Assembly (NCBI GenBank): GCA_028534125.1
Contig: CM052816.1
Span: 58,654,001-58,718,000, forward strand
From: Lama glama
Taxonomy: Eukaryota
DNA: 64,000 nucleotides
Direction of reading: 5' to 3'
Position 1 is the first letter of the stretch, and the number at the start of each line of letters is the position of its first letter. A model generated the notes under the pieces. It made no database searches. It saw nothing but the letters and a program-made list of their open reading frames with translations, and was not told the DNA's origin. Shown here piece after piece: positions 12,373 through 25,831 of the stretch. A program made the position numbers and the translations under genes.

Positions 12373-13441
12373 CTTAGCACTTATTTTGGGCAAAGACTTT
12401 ATATTTTTAAGTGTTTGTCTTTATTTGAACGTGTTATTATGAATTTTTTTGGCAAGACTGTGTCTTCCGACTTTCATAATTCTTCAGTGTTTATACAAGC
12501 TAGTGAACTCACCAATTTTAAGTTTACAAAATGCAAGGTGTTTACAATCTACAAACCTGTAAACTGTGCATTTTTTAATCGTTTAGAAACACATAATTTA
12601 TAACGTGTAAATACTTCCACACACTAGAAAACAAACCGTACACACACACAGAAATTGTTCATGACTAGAGAGGTTTTTCTTCGCAGTTTGAAAGAGGTAC
12701 ACAGGTGGGGGGAAAAACCACGTATTTCAGTTAATTTAGTTGGCAGGTCGAAATAAAAGATGCAGACTTGTCACGGTCAGAATTTTAGTCGCTCTTTGAA
12801 AACAAGACTGACCGTTACCTCCTTTTAAAGAGCAGGCAACTGTCCTTGATGATACCAGGTTCCTGAAATGAGACGTCAGAGGTAGAGAAGACTTCACAAA
12901 ATACTTCCAGCAGACCCACCACCACCCTACACGCTGCACAGGGAATACTAAGCTCACATATTCGTCCAACGTAATGCTGTTAGTCAGAGAGCGAAGACGA
13001 GCTCGCATACCCTGGCTCCAGGCCAGAACTCTGCACCTCCACCCCTCTCACCCCCAGATGGGATGGGCAGGTCAGGAGGAGGAGCGATGAGAGCCGAGAA
13101 AGGCGTGAAGGCACAGATGGACTCACGTCTCTAGGACAGACATATACCACAGCCGCAACTGCGGCAGCCTTACTTTCCGGGAGCTGCATCCCCTTGTGGG
13201 TGGAAAGGAACGGGGGAACCCAGTCTCTGCTCCAGGCGGAAGGGTAGCCACCCGGCCCTACCCAGGCTCAGCGGCGAGCCGTCTTGGAGGGCCCACCTCC
13301 CGGGGTCCTACCAGACCGGTCGGCGCTTCCGCGACACAGACGGAAAGGCGGGGCCGCCAAATCAGCGACTGTCTTAGGCATCCAGCGCACTGCCTGACTC
13401 GAAGCTCCGAGCCGACCTGTGCCCGTAATTCGGACCCTGCG

Positions 13442-13466
13442 ATGGCAGCGTGTCATAGAAGGCCAG
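13442..13466 (+). CDS. AK6: AK6 alternative first coding exon (MAACHRRP)
   Basis: ATG GCA GCG TGT CAT AGA AGG CCA G|GTAACC; phase 1 matches exon 2; resembles the recalled human minor N-terminus MCHRKP. Confidence 0.6.
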
Positions 13467-13633
13467 GTAACCAATGGTCGGCGACGAGGCGGCAGAGGTG
13501 GTTCGCTACCGCCACAGGAGACCTCCAGTACTCCGGCGCCACTGGCGCTTACCGCCTCCCGCCCCTTCCGGCCCCTCCCTGTTGCGTGTAGGGCGCGTGT
13601 GCAGAGGCGTCCCGAGCCGGCGCGGTGAGGACC

Positions 13634-13661
13634 ATGTTGCTTCCGAACATCTTGCTCACGG
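13634..13661 (+). CDS. AK6: AK6 (adenylate kinase 6 / CINAP) exon 1 coding part, MLLPNILLT
   Basis: ACCATG context; donor G|GTCAGG; 28 nt, phase 1. Confidence 0.92.
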
Positions 13662-14959
13662 GTCAGGGCGCGCGCCGGGGGTGGTGCTGGACGGCGGGGC
13701 TAGCCAGGGACGCCGAGTGCTCCGGGCCCTCGGACTCCCGAAGGGGGTGCCACTCAGTGTTCTGTTTCGAGACTCGGCGAGGGCCGCGTGGCGTGGCAGT
13801 TGTCACGGCCTCGAGACCCGGCCCTCGCGACGGTTGCGGGAGACGGGGGGAGGGGACGGCGAACGTTAATTCTATTGGTGGAGGTTGGCTACTCGGTGAG
13901 GTGCAGAGAGGTAGATATATCCAGTTCCTTTTTTTCGGCAAGCTGCCTAATCTTTATTAATCAGGCTTTTGTTTGTAAAATGGCTGTTGTTTCTTTACCT
14001 GCAGGGTTCTCTTTAGGTTTTTAGCGAAATAACGTAAGGCAGTATCCGGCCCTTAATAGATCTGTTAATGGTGGATGCCTTTGGCCTCCTGGGCTGTCTC
14101 TTTTTTCTTCTGTATCTGAGAGTCAGATTTTTATGAAAGGATTCTAATGTCTGGAGTGATCAGTTTGCTGCATACGGCTTGTGGAGAGGCTTTCTCTCTT
14201 TTTTTTTTTTTATATTAAGAAGGAAGAGCATCTACTGAGCAGCTCTGGTCGTGTTTCTCTTGTAGAGATGCTGAAAAGTTCCCTAGCTAATTGTGGGGGT
14301 TCTGGGTATTTGGATCCATACTCAGGGCGCCTGTGATAGTAAAATGCCGCATAACGCCTTTAAAGGAAAATATTTATGGTCGTTTTTAACTCTGAAAATG
14401 TCTGTTAAGTTTTAGCAGTTAATAGCATTGTAAGTCATTCATGAAAGAATCTAATGGGTGTGGATGCTACTGCAGCATCTAAAAATTGAGGCGCTCTTTG
14501 TGGAAACAGCAGTCAAGTTTTATCCTTTAGCAGAACATAAGCTTATTGGCGACGCGTAAGTCCTTTCTATTTCTGAGAGCTGCAGATTAACCTCAAATTA
14601 ATGCTTAGCCTTTAAGATTTCTTGAGGGGACCATTTTACAACGTCTCATTTGTTTGGATCAGACTGTGTTTGTTTTTTAATATTAAACAATCTCAAAAAT
14701 CTAAATGTGAGGATTTTATTGAGAACATGGTGCGTTCAGGGTTCAAACTTGATGTATTATTATGGACTGGAGGTAAATGTTATCTTTATGAAGACTTGAT
14801 TTATTCCCGTTATCTTTAATTATAATGATCAAGTTTCATAATTTTAGTGGCATTAAACCCAAACAGCAGAAAATTGTGGGTTTAATTATCTTGAAATATA
14901 TAGCTATAAAAAAGGGAAGGTGAAGGTACAATATTGCCATTTATGTAAAAGGAAATCTG

Positions 14960-15066
14960 TAGTGTGTGTATGTATATATACATGCAGTGTATGTATATGT
15001 ACACATGTAGTATGCTACCGTATGTATACATATACGTTGATGTATACACAAATGCATATGTATACG
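14960..15066. repeat. (TA/CA/TG)-rich low-complexity tract
   Basis: Alternating purine-pyrimidine tgtatgtatatatacatg... Confidence 0.6.
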
Positions 15067-15477
15067 ACTTATTTGGAGACATGTTTAAGAAACTGGCTTA
15101 CACTGATTGCCCCAGGGAAGAGTGTAGTGGGTCAGTAGAAATGAGATTTTGTCTTTCATACTGCCAAACTTTTCCCATGAACAATTTAATTTTTTTTTCA
15201 GTTAAAGCAAATAAATGATAGTAATTTATTTGCAATGGCTAGTTTTATTCTGGGAATTTCTATGGTGGTAGCAGACAATCTGTGATTGACAGAATCTCCT
15301 AAGACCCACTCCTGGTAGAATCAGATACACTGGCTAAGATCCTGATATCCAACAGGCTTTGGGTAGTTTTTATTAGGTTATGGTGTGTATTAATTCATAG
15401 AGGATTGCTGAATAGGAAACTTCATTTCAGTTATTTAGAACCTTAAGAAGGGCAGATCAGTAGCTAAAGTCTAATAA

Positions 15478-15699
<222 letters not shown>

Positions 15700-16410
15700 T
15701 GAGGGTACAAAAAGGAGAGAAGGATTGCCATTAAGGAATTTGTGCTCTGATGAGGACCCATAGAAATAGAACATATTGTCTAATGTTGTGTCTTGGTTGT
15801 TTTGACCATTACATCCCCTCTGCCATTGGTTAGCAGGTCTTGTGGACAGTTATAATTGGGACAGCTTCTGTGAAGATTGACCTTATGGTAGATAGAATCG
15901 AACATGAGGAAGAGGGAGAGTATTTTGATTTGGGCAAACACATAAAGGTTGGGGTGGTGCTGAGCATATCTGTGGAGACAGTATATTGAGCTCCCTATAA
16001 GGACACTATTTTGAACTCTGACAGTAGCACATGGAATTTTCTGTCCTTTGGTATTTTCTTAGATTAATTTCATAGGTGCATGCCTGCAAGCAGCTACACA
16101 CATTCTAAAGTGATACATGTTTACTTATTTGACCCTCTTTTTTCCCCAATCTTTTATCACCCCCTTATTTGTGTCTTCATCTTTTTATATACCATAATGG
16201 ATAGAAACTCAATAAATTTAAAGAGAACTTTAAATGTGCCTCATTAAAATTAAAAAGATTTAATATATTTTAAAAACTTATATTTTTAAAAATTTAACAT
16301 GTATTTAAACATTTTAAAGTTCCTGACAGTTGCTACCAAAGTAACTATTTCAGGTTTGATCTAATGTACATATTTTTTTCAAATGATCTAAAGTCTGATC
16401 ACCGGATATC

Positions 16411-17208
16411 ATGGAGTCTGGCAAGATGGCTTCTCCCAAGAGCATGCCGAAAGATGCACAGATGATGGCACAAATCCTGAAGGATATGGGGATTACAGAA
16501 TATGAGCCAAGAGTTATAAATCAGATGTTGGAGTTTGCCTTCCGATATGTCACCACAATTCTAGATGATGCAAAAATTTATTCAAGTCATGCTAAGAAAG
16601 CTACTGTTGATGCAGATGATGTGCGATTGGCAATCCAGTGTCGTGCTGACCAGTCTTTTACCTCTCCTCCCCCAAGAGATTTTTTATTAGATATTGCAAG
16701 GCAAAGAAATCAAACCCCTCTGCCATTGATCAAGCCATATTCAGGCCCTAGATTGCCACCTGATAGATATTGTTTGACTGCTCCAAATTACAGACTTAAG
16801 TCTTTACAAAAAAAGGCATCTACTTCTGCGGGAAGAATAACGGTTCCACGGTTAAGTGTTGGTTCAGTTACTAGCAGACCAAGTACTCCCACACTTGGCA
16901 CACCAACCCCACAAACCATGTCTGTTTCAACGAAAGTAGGGACTCCAGTGTCCCTAACAGGGCAAAGGTTTACAGTACAGATGCCCACTTCACAGTCCCC
17001 AGCTGTAAAAGCATCAATTCCTGCAACATCAACAGTTCAGAATGTTCTAATTAATCCATCATTAATTGGGTCAAAAAACATTCTTATTACCACTAACATG
17101 GTGTCATCACAAAATACTGCCAGTGAATCATCAAGTGCATTGAAAAGAAAACGTGAAGATGATGATGATGACGATGACGATGATGACGATGACTATGATA
17201 ATTTGTAA
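16411..17208 (+). CDS. TAF9: TAF9, TFIID subunit 9 (265 aa; histone fold, C-terminal poly-Asp), single coding exon
   Basis: Intact [30 protein letters not shown]...YDNL; strong Kozak ATCATGG; exon acceptor ctaaag| at 16393/16394. Confidence 0.98.
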   Translation: MESGKMASPKSMPKDAQMMAQILKDMGITEYEPRVINQMLEFAFRYVTTILDDAKIYSSHAKKATVDADDVRLAIQCRADQSFTSPPPRDFLLDIARQRNQTPLPLIKPYSGPRLPPDRYCLTAPNYRLKSLQKKASTSAGRITVPRLSVGSVTSRPSTPTLGTPTPQTMSVSTKVGTPVSLTGQRFTVQMPTSQSPAVKASIPATSTVQNVLINPSLIGSKNILITTNMVSSQNTASESSSALKRKREDDDDDDDDDDDDYDNL

Positions 17209-17411
17209 CCTAGCCTTGATGCATGTAACATGTATACTTGGTTTTGAATCCATTGTACTGAGATTAAACATGCATGCTGGATGTTTCCAAGTTGTTTTAG
17301 AAAAATAGTATTTAATGAGTAAATATGGCTATCATTTTTCAATTGAGATGTTGTATTGGACTTTCTTTAGTAGGACTAGTAATGGTTTTTTGTCAGCCTT
17401 TAAGTGTAAAA

Positions 17412-17417
17412 AATAAA
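17412..17417 (+). terminator. TAF9: Probable TAF9 polyadenylation signal AATAAA (alternative ATTAAA at 17263)
   Basis: About 200 nt after the stop, followed by a GT-rich tract (gtttgattgttggt). Confidence 0.6.
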
Positions 17418-18566
17418 GTTGTAATTCATCAGTTTGATTGTTGGTACTTTGGCAATTATGTTTTTAGAAGCAGTTTTCTGCCTCATTATGACCAACAGTT
17501 AACAAAAACTTGAAGTTGTTACAGTCTATTCATTACCCACTAGAGTGTCATTTCTAGTGTCTTCAGATCATAGTATGATTCCTGCTGTATAAGTCACTCT
17601 TAAGGGCCATGCTTTCAGATTGCTGAAGTGTAACTATGCCTGCTTTTTGGAGGGATCACTTGGTCATGATTTTTATTCATAGTGGGTCCTTATCTGTTTA
17701 GATTTATCTTCCTCAATTGCCAGACTTCTTCTTAGGTCTCATTTTTCTATCCCTTTGGTTATATTTAAGGACCCTTGGTGTATTTCCCAGTGTCAAAAAT
17801 TCAAAAAAATTTTTTTTCCAGTATCCCTTTTGCAGGTCGATTTTGTGCCTCTTTGCTTGTCAGTCTTAATACTATATGCCAGTATCATGCTTACACTTTT
17901 AATCCAGGTTTAGCATTTAAGTTATTGTTAATAAAACTTACAACTGTGCATAGCTTGTCATTCTCCATTTTATACCTACGTGAAATCTGCTTTTGTTCCT
18001 TTGCCTGTTGAATTTTACTGTTTTTGACAGGTGATTTCACAGTCACGTTGTAGTCAATTTCAGCCATGTCTTCCAGTTCTAATTTTACCCACTCAATGTA
18101 ACACTTCTAAGCTTAATGAAGCTGCTGTAAAATCTATCATGGATAGCATTGAGAGCAACAGTAACACCAAAGTATAATCCACTGTGAGACACTTGTCTTC
18201 TTCACTGAGTCTTCTGTTTGTTCTCAAACTGTTTTAGTCAGTTGTGTGCCCACCTAATGGTGCATAGTCTTGACCATTCTCTTTGTATTTTATTGGTGAG
18301 ATTATTTCATGAGATGGAATCTACCTTAAAGGAAAAGTGCGAGTTTTTTCCCCTCCTGTTTTGCCAGAAAAGGATTTCTGGTCTGATTTGACAAGTGTTA
18401 GATGAGGTACTTTATTGAAAAACCTAATGTACCAGGTTTTTTTTCCCAGGTGCCATTTGAATATATCTGAAAACCTTACTAGGAAATAGTCTGAGACATT
18501 CAGCTTCCTCATTTTTTTTCCAAATGGTGATACATTTTAAGGGAAACCATGCAATTATCTGTAAAG

Positions 18567-18790
18567 CAGTGGTTCTCAACTCGGGGTGATTTTACCCCTC
18601 AGGGGACATTTGGCAACTTCTGAGACATTTTTGGTAATCACAACTGGGGTGAGGAGTGTTGCTACTGACCTCTAATGGTACAGGCCAGGGATTCTGCTGA
18701 ACATTCTCCAATTCACAGGACAACCCTCCATCTCCATAACAGAATTATCAAGCTCAAAATGTCAGTAGTAATTCAGGTTGAGAAACCCTG
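18567..18790 (+). mobile_element. MER20 (hAT-Charlie) DNA transposon
   Basis: TIRs cagtggttctcaac / gttgagaaaccctg; characteristic ggggacatttggca and ggccagggat...tgctgaacat. Confidence 0.88.
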
Positions 18791-19233
18791 CTTTAAGAAA
18801 TGAGGCTTAAAAAAACCAAAAACTGGTTCTAAACAGATGTGTCTAAATGGAGTTTATTGCCATCCTAGTCATATTAAATTGTATTTTTCGTAAGAGACCA
18901 TCCTTATGCCATTTAAAACCAAAGCAGAAAAAATTAGGTGGGGAATTAAGCTTAGTAAAACTTTGAAGCGTCCTCAGTGTGCAGTAAGAATGCTTTTATC
19001 ACTGTTCTTCCAGTCTCACGTTCCTCAGTTGATGTCCTTTCCCGTATCCAATCATTTAATTACACATTTACCAGCATCCTTAATTTTCCTGCCACAAGCT
19101 TATCAGTCTTTAGCCTTTGTCCCTAAACCCAGGATACTCATAGGTCTAGACAAAAGTAGTATGATTATATTGACATTGGATACATTTCAAATACCTGGCC
19201 TTCAATACTTAAAATCTTGGTGTGTTTCTAACC

Positions 19234-19339
19234 CAGGGGTTGGCAAGCTGCTGCTGTTTTTGTAGTACACTAAAGACTAGACTGCAAATCCTTAAGTATT
19301 TACTGTGTGGCCTTTTACAGGAAAAGTTTGCCATCCCTG
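19234..19339. mobile_element. Short MER58-like hAT element
   Basis: TIRs caggggttggcaa / ttgccatccctg; 8-bp TSD (t/c)tctaacc. Confidence 0.75.
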
Positions 19340-20839
19340 CTCTAACCTCTGTGTATCCCATTTTTTTCCTTCATCTTAATCAGCTACCACGGAAAGCCTT
19401 TGAAACTAACTTCTCCATTGGCCTCTCCAACACTGCTGTCCCAATCTGCATCTGATTCTTTTCCTTCCCACCATATACCTCATTCCCCTGTGATTTCACT
19501 ACAGCCGTTTTGTAATCCTGCCCCTCCCTCTAGTAATGTCATTCACTCAGGACTAGTTAGTAACTCCCTTTTGTTGATGACTCTTAAATTTATAATTAAA
19601 ACTTAGCCCGGTTTCTAGATGCCTACTAGGCGTAACCATCTAGATAGTTCCCAAACATTTCCAGATTAATGTTTAAAAAGCACATGCTCTGAAGTCATTC
19701 CTGACCCTGCTTGGCTGCTCCTGATTCCTATTCCCCCCACACACAAACTAGTCACACACTGCACAGATGCACTTGGCTCCTAATCTTGATGGTTTGAAAA
19801 ATCACTTTGATAGCCCTATCCCATTCCTAAGACCACCAGTGCTGTGTCCCTTTGGCACTGCTGTACCATTCTCAAGACCGTCCATGCTGAATCTTCTATT
19901 CTTCAGTACCTCTTCCCTCCCTCTTCAATACCCCATCATTATATCCTTTAAAAGAGGGAACAGATAGGATGACATGAACTTTTTACTGATAAAGTCCATC
20001 CTCCTTAATGAAGTATAGGAGATTACGAACTGGCCACAGTTTACCTTCAGCCTGCTCTGCAGCCGCTATCTCCTAAGTCCCTTTCAGTCTACCCATAGTG
20101 CACTGTTGTTCTTCAGCAGTGGAAAAAGTGGGGCGTCTTGCATCTCCATGTCTTTATTTCCTTTGTCTATAGATGCCCTTCCTAACCTACCTTACAAACA
20201 GCACCTTAAAAGGCCCAACTTAAATTCCACATCTTTGGTACTCTAATAACTTCTCTAAGGAGAATTCATTGCTTTCTTTGCATAAAATGCCAGATATCAA
20301 AGCTCCCAATCCTTAAACCAATTAATTTCTTGTACTAATTGCATTATAATTAAAAGCCTCTTGTTGGGTTGAGGTAAATGTATTTCCAAAGGATGAAATC
20401 TGAAACTGTATTATTGGCAGCAGCATCAAAATAGATAACTAGCATCCCTCTATCATTAACTTTAAAGAACAGCTTTCATATGAGTATATAAATTCTAGGA
20501 TGGCAGTAAAGAAAATGTCATGCTTTTACGGTTTGACTAACAAGTGGGAAAGTCTTTTAAGGTAAGAAGGTCTTTAAAGCCTTTTAACTGGCTTCACAAT
20601 CGATTTTTTTTTCTGCAAGTAATTTTTAAGTAAATCATAAAACTTTGGGAAATTAATTTTCAAAATGTTTGGTAGTTTAATCAAATCAGACTCCCCCCCC
20701 CCAATCTTTGTCATATGAAGACCCTCTGTACAGACAATTATAAATTTGACTTCCAATTGAAACTTTCTAAAGTAGCAAACATTTTTACTCTTTTTGGAAA
20801 TTTGAAATGAAGTTTAGAATCCATCTATTTCTCTGTTCC

Positions 20840-21510
20840 CTATAACGCAGATTGTAATTATCACTTACCTAAAATTCTGCAGTAGCCTTTATATGGTATC
20901 CGTGCTTCTGGATTTGCTTTCTTCCAACTGCACACAGAAACCGAAATGATTTTTAAAAATTTGAAATTGATCATGCCATTTCATGCTTAAAATGCAGTAA
21001 TGATTTTCCTTTGCCTTGGGATTAAAGTCTAAACTCAGTGAAGCCTTCAAGGTCCTTTTTAATCTGGCCTCAATTCACCTGACCCCTTTATCACCTACTT
21101 TCTAACTATTCTGAAAGACTTTCCCTCCTTTGAAAGGCCTGCCCTCTCTAGTCTCTCTGCCTTTGAATATCTTGTTTTCTCTGTTAAGAGTCATCTTACC
21201 TTTTTTTCCCTAGCTAACTGCTTCAAGTCTTCACTTAGAAGTTACCTCCTCTAGGAAGCCTCCCCTAATATACCACCCAACTTTATGTTTCTAACCTAAA
21301 TGGTGCCCATCCTATTGCTCCCGTAGTACCGTAACATTAAAATACTGTAATTTCCAAGTTACTTGTCTGTCATCACCCCATTTTATTGTAAAGTCTTCAA
21401 AATGGAAGGACTGAGTTTGTCTTCTTATTCAATTTGTTCACTAATATATCTTCATTACTCCTGTAATTACTGGTACATGGTGTTTGATAAATGCTTTTTG
21501 AAGTGAATGT
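20840..21510 (+). mobile_element. L2 3' fragment
   Basis: gattaaagtctaaactc...ttcaaggtcc...acctcctctaggaagcctcccct...aaatgctttttgaagtgaatg. Confidence 0.65.
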
Positions 21511-22225
21511 TTGAAAGCTTGGATTACACTATTTTATTAAAATATATTAAAGTGATTTAAGAAATCCTGCATTTCAGCATTGTAGTATAAAGACTTTAAT
21601 TCTTAAAGTTAATATTGCCATAGTTGTCTGTATTTTAGACAGCATATATTTTTAAAGATTTTACTAGTCTGGATTTAAAATATGAAGGAACATTGATCTA
21701 TTCCAGATTCCCACATGGTACAGAATCAGCTGTTAGTATTAGATTTTGTGGCATTGTAAAAAATATATAGAGTATTGTAAAAATAGTACACAGAAAAATA
21801 AAACGACCTAATATTATTTACTTAAGTAAAAATACATTTCTAGAGTCAATTTACTAAATACGTATGTAATTAATAAAACAGGTATAAAAAGGCTCATTTT
21901 AATTTGCATGTCTAATCACTGAGAAAGTCCAACATTTTTTTCAGTTACTGTTTACTAATTATCTTTTCTATTCTGTGTGAATCTTATTATTCTTTGTTAA
22001 GCTACTTACTGTTATTTTGATCTTTAAGATATTTCAGTCCATTGTCCTACTACAAATACTTCTCCCTGCTGTTTTTCTTTTTTAAAAAACTATATTTTTC
22101 ATTGAACAGAGATTTAACATTTTATATGTTCAAATCAGTCATTTTATTTTTTCACAAACTCTAATGAATTATTCCTTTGTAGGTTAAATTTTCTATTTAT
22201 CTTTGGAATTAAGAAATTTGCTCTT

Positions 22226-22480
22226 CATATAGAAAGCAAACTTATGGTTACCAAAGGGGGAGGGGGAGGTGAGGGATAAATTAGGAGTTTGAGGTTAACA
22301 GATACACACTACTTTAATAAATAAACAGGGGTCTACTCTATGGCACAGAGAACTATATTCAATATCTTGTAATAACATAATGGAAAATATCTGAAATATA
22401 TATATATGTATAACTGACTCACTATGCTGTACACTTGAAACTAGCACAACATTGTAAATCACCTATAAATTAAAAAAAAA
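22226..22480 (+). mobile_element. Artiodactyl-type L1 3' end
   Basis: aaacttatggttaccaaagggg...gggataaattaggagtttgag...acaacattgtaaatca plus poly(A). Confidence 0.85.
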
Positions 22481-23517
22481 TTAGTTCTTTAATCCACCTA
22501 TTTGTGGTATAAAGTAAGGATTTAGATTATTTTCTAAATTGTTAACCAGTTTTCCCCACACCAATACAGTTTAACCTTTTAGCTGGTAAGTTTCTGGTAA
22601 CTGAACAGCAACACAAGAAGGCAGAGGCCACACTAATGTGCTAGAGCAGTGGCTCACATGGCCAATATCTGTCCAGAGTTAAAACTGCCTCTGTGCCTTC
22701 CACTTAACTCTCAGGACTATTGTCACTTTAGAACTCATGCTCATTTTTTAACCTCATTTCAACCTGTGCCAAAATAGTAAGGGGAAGGGGACGTGGGAAG
22801 ACTATAGCCATCTTCGAGATGGCTAAGAGGATGACCTAAGCCTGCCTTAGAGATTGTACCTCCTAGGGATTCAGAGTGAGGCTGAGATTGGTTAAGTCTC
22901 ACCTTAAGACAAACTTCCTTGGAAAGGAAGCTTTAATTTGCTGGAAAGTTACATTTAAATCTGCCTTTTTTATATCTGTCCATCATTCTTCTACCTTCTG
23001 AAATAAGGTATTTAACCCTTGGCTTTTGGGGATGCTGGAAATCTAGACGTAAAGGAGCATCTGGGTACTGACTCCTTCCCCAAACCCCATGAAGATATGC
23101 CCTCAGTGACAAAGGGTTCATTTTTGGAATCAAGAACATGTTGTTGCTTTTAATAAGTTTCATATCTTTGGCCTCATAAATTTGGAACTTAACCTGCTGT
23201 TAACGTGTAGGGAGTATTTCCATCCATGTGTCCCCTTTTCCCACCAATCTGTGGCTCAACAAAAATAATGCAGTTCTCCTCTACTAATAGCTCCACAAAT
23301 TCTGAAGTTGGCTATTATTCTGTCTTTTTAGTTGTTTTAGTTTTGATAGCTAAAATGGTTTCAGGTATATTGCTATCCAAGCTTCTAGACAAAATTCTAA
23401 TTTATCAGTATAGCTCTTTATATTTGGTGTCTATGTGACATCTCTTGTGTTAATGCCCTCCCTTGTCTCTAAAAGAGTAACTGATGATATATTTCCTTTC
23501 CCAAAGTCTAGAATTAA

Positions 23518-23655
<138 letters not shown>

Positions 23656-23674
23656 TAAAATAAATATACATTAA

Positions 23675-23875
<201 letters not shown>

Positions 23876-24154
23876 TAAGAAAGGAAAAGCACTGAGTTCT
23901 TAAAGTATAATATAAATTTTTATTCAGATTCCTGAGGTTGGCCAGTACTACCATCATAAAGGGTTCTACTTGAAAATGTGACTATTTTGTCTTACTATAA
24001 AGCAAATCTGTATGGTATGAACTTTCTGAACCTAAGAGAAAAAGATGCATTTGTAAAACACAAGCAGTACTTTGAGTAAATGAATACCTCAGCTGACAGT
24101 TTGATTCAGTAAAATGTACTATATAGCAATTCTGTTTAGTCATGCTTTTTCCTT

Positions 24155-24281
24155 TGTTGTTGTTTTTGTAGGGGGAGGTAATTAGGTTTGTTTTTTTATT
24201 TTTAGAGACGGTACTAGGGATTGAACCCAGGACCTCACGTATGCTAAGCATGTGCTCTACCACTTAAGCTATACACTCCCA
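24155..24281 (-). mobile_element. tRNA-Ala-derived SINE in AK6 intron 4
   Basis: A and B boxes on the minus strand; 14-bp TSD CATGCTTTTTCCTT at 24141-54 and 24282-95. Confidence 0.88.
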
Positions 24282-24695
24282 CATGCTTTTTCCTTAATGT
24301 AAAACTTTGCTAGGAAAACAACCAAGCCAATAACATTCTTTGCTATGGAATGAACATTACCCACTCAAATTATCGTCACAACAGGAATGGGAAAACTTAT
24401 GAAAAACTAACAAGGTAAATTAATATCTCACAATCTTTAAAATATATTTGAGTTTATTCCTCTAAGAAAGCATCACCAGAAAAACCAAAAAAGAAAAATT
24501 TTATGGAAGACATTTTCCCACTGTCTTCTGAGTCATACTGTGGGAAATTGTGTGATCAAGTACCCAACTACTGTACGATAATTCCTTTTATGCATTTTAT
24601 TATATACAAGTATTGTTGCTTGATTTTTCATGTGTTCAAAAGTGCATAGTTACAAAAGTGTCCAGTTTCTGGTGTGTTCCTAAAACTCCAGCTAA

Positions 24696-24911
<216 letters not shown>

Positions 24912-25345
24912 CTTACAAGAATGGCCACCTTACAATCACTCTTGATATCTCTCTGCCCACATTATATAAATTGTTCAATTATCAGTAAAACTTCCTTATT
25001 GAAACTGTGTTGTTGGAGTAGTAGGTGGATAGTATAAAGGTTTATGTTTAGGGTTTTTTTTCTCCATGAGAAAACTAATCTCAATTATCATGAATAATAT
25101 TATTAAGGATTGAGAATTAAAACTGTCATTGTTTAGTGCTTCAATTGCTAAAGGATAAATAAATCTCACCAAATGGGTGGATATATTTTAAGTTTATTAC
25201 AGAATAAAATGAAAGTGATTTCTTAAAATAAAACTTAAGACAAAACATCAGAGTTTTCCATGTTTATTTTTCTTTAAAAAAAAAAAAGTGTAAATGGTAA
25301 TACTTGCACTCTGTATAAAACCCAAAAGCCACAAAAGGTATATAG

Positions 25346-25831
25346 ACAGTGTCCCGCTTATAATGGGTCAACTTAGGAATTTCTGACTTTACAATGATGC
25401 AAAAGCAATAGACATTCAGTAGAAATCACACTTTGAGTTTTTATCTTTTCCCAGGCTAGTGGCATGCAGCACTGTGATGCTGGGCGGGGCAGAGGGCTGC
25501 AGCTCCAGTCAGCCACACGATCTTGAGGGTGAACAACTGAGCCGCTTACAACCATCCTGCACCCACACAGCCATTCTGTTTTTCACTTTCAGTACAGTAC
25601 TCAATAAGTTACATGAGATATCCAATACTATTATAAAATAGGCTTTCTGTTAAGATGATTTTGCCTAACTGTAAGTTAATGTAAGTATTCTAAGCATGTT
25701 TAATACAGGCTAAGCTAAGCTGTGATGTTTCATAGGTTTGGTGTATTAAATGCATTTTCAACTTAGGATATTTTCAACTTATGATGTGTTTATTGGGGTG
25801 TAACCCCTTCATAAATCAAGGAAGATCTGTA
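25346..25831 (-). mobile_element. Tigger-family DNA transposon (MER47/Tigger5-like) just 3' of AK6
   Basis: aggctaagctaagctgtgatgtttcataggtttggtgtattaaatgcattttcaactta...atctgta end. Confidence 0.75.

Larger units (their letters stand above)
12940..13900. promoter_or_regulatory. CpG island / bidirectional promoter of RAD17 and AK6-TAF9
   Basis: Sharp GC/CpG rise between divergent genes; GC box GGCGGGGC 13347-54, E2F-like CCGCCAAA 13354-61, ETS-type CTTCCG/CGGAA at 13326, 13341 and 13565, CCAAT 13471. Confidence 0.9.

Noticed and set aside
12736..14024. Cluster of 68-131 aa ORFs on both strands
   Set aside because: Stop-poor GC-rich CpG island; only the short AK6 exon segments are supported
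14882..15218. Overlapping Tyr/Met/Cys-rich ORFs
   Set aside because: Translation of a TA/CA/TG low-complexity tract
15741..15785. Hammerhead-like CTGATGAG...GAAA motif in AK6 intron 2
   Set aside because: No stem II pairing, no U-H cleavage site after the putative stem III, and no stem I complement
16788..16988. 66-aa ORF antisense to TAF9
   Set aside because: Shadow of the coding strand with no independent support
17500..18330. Possible processed pseudogene or extra exon downstream of TAF9
   Set aside because: No recognisable protein or clean splice pair; may be an ancient repeat remnant, but I cannot support a call
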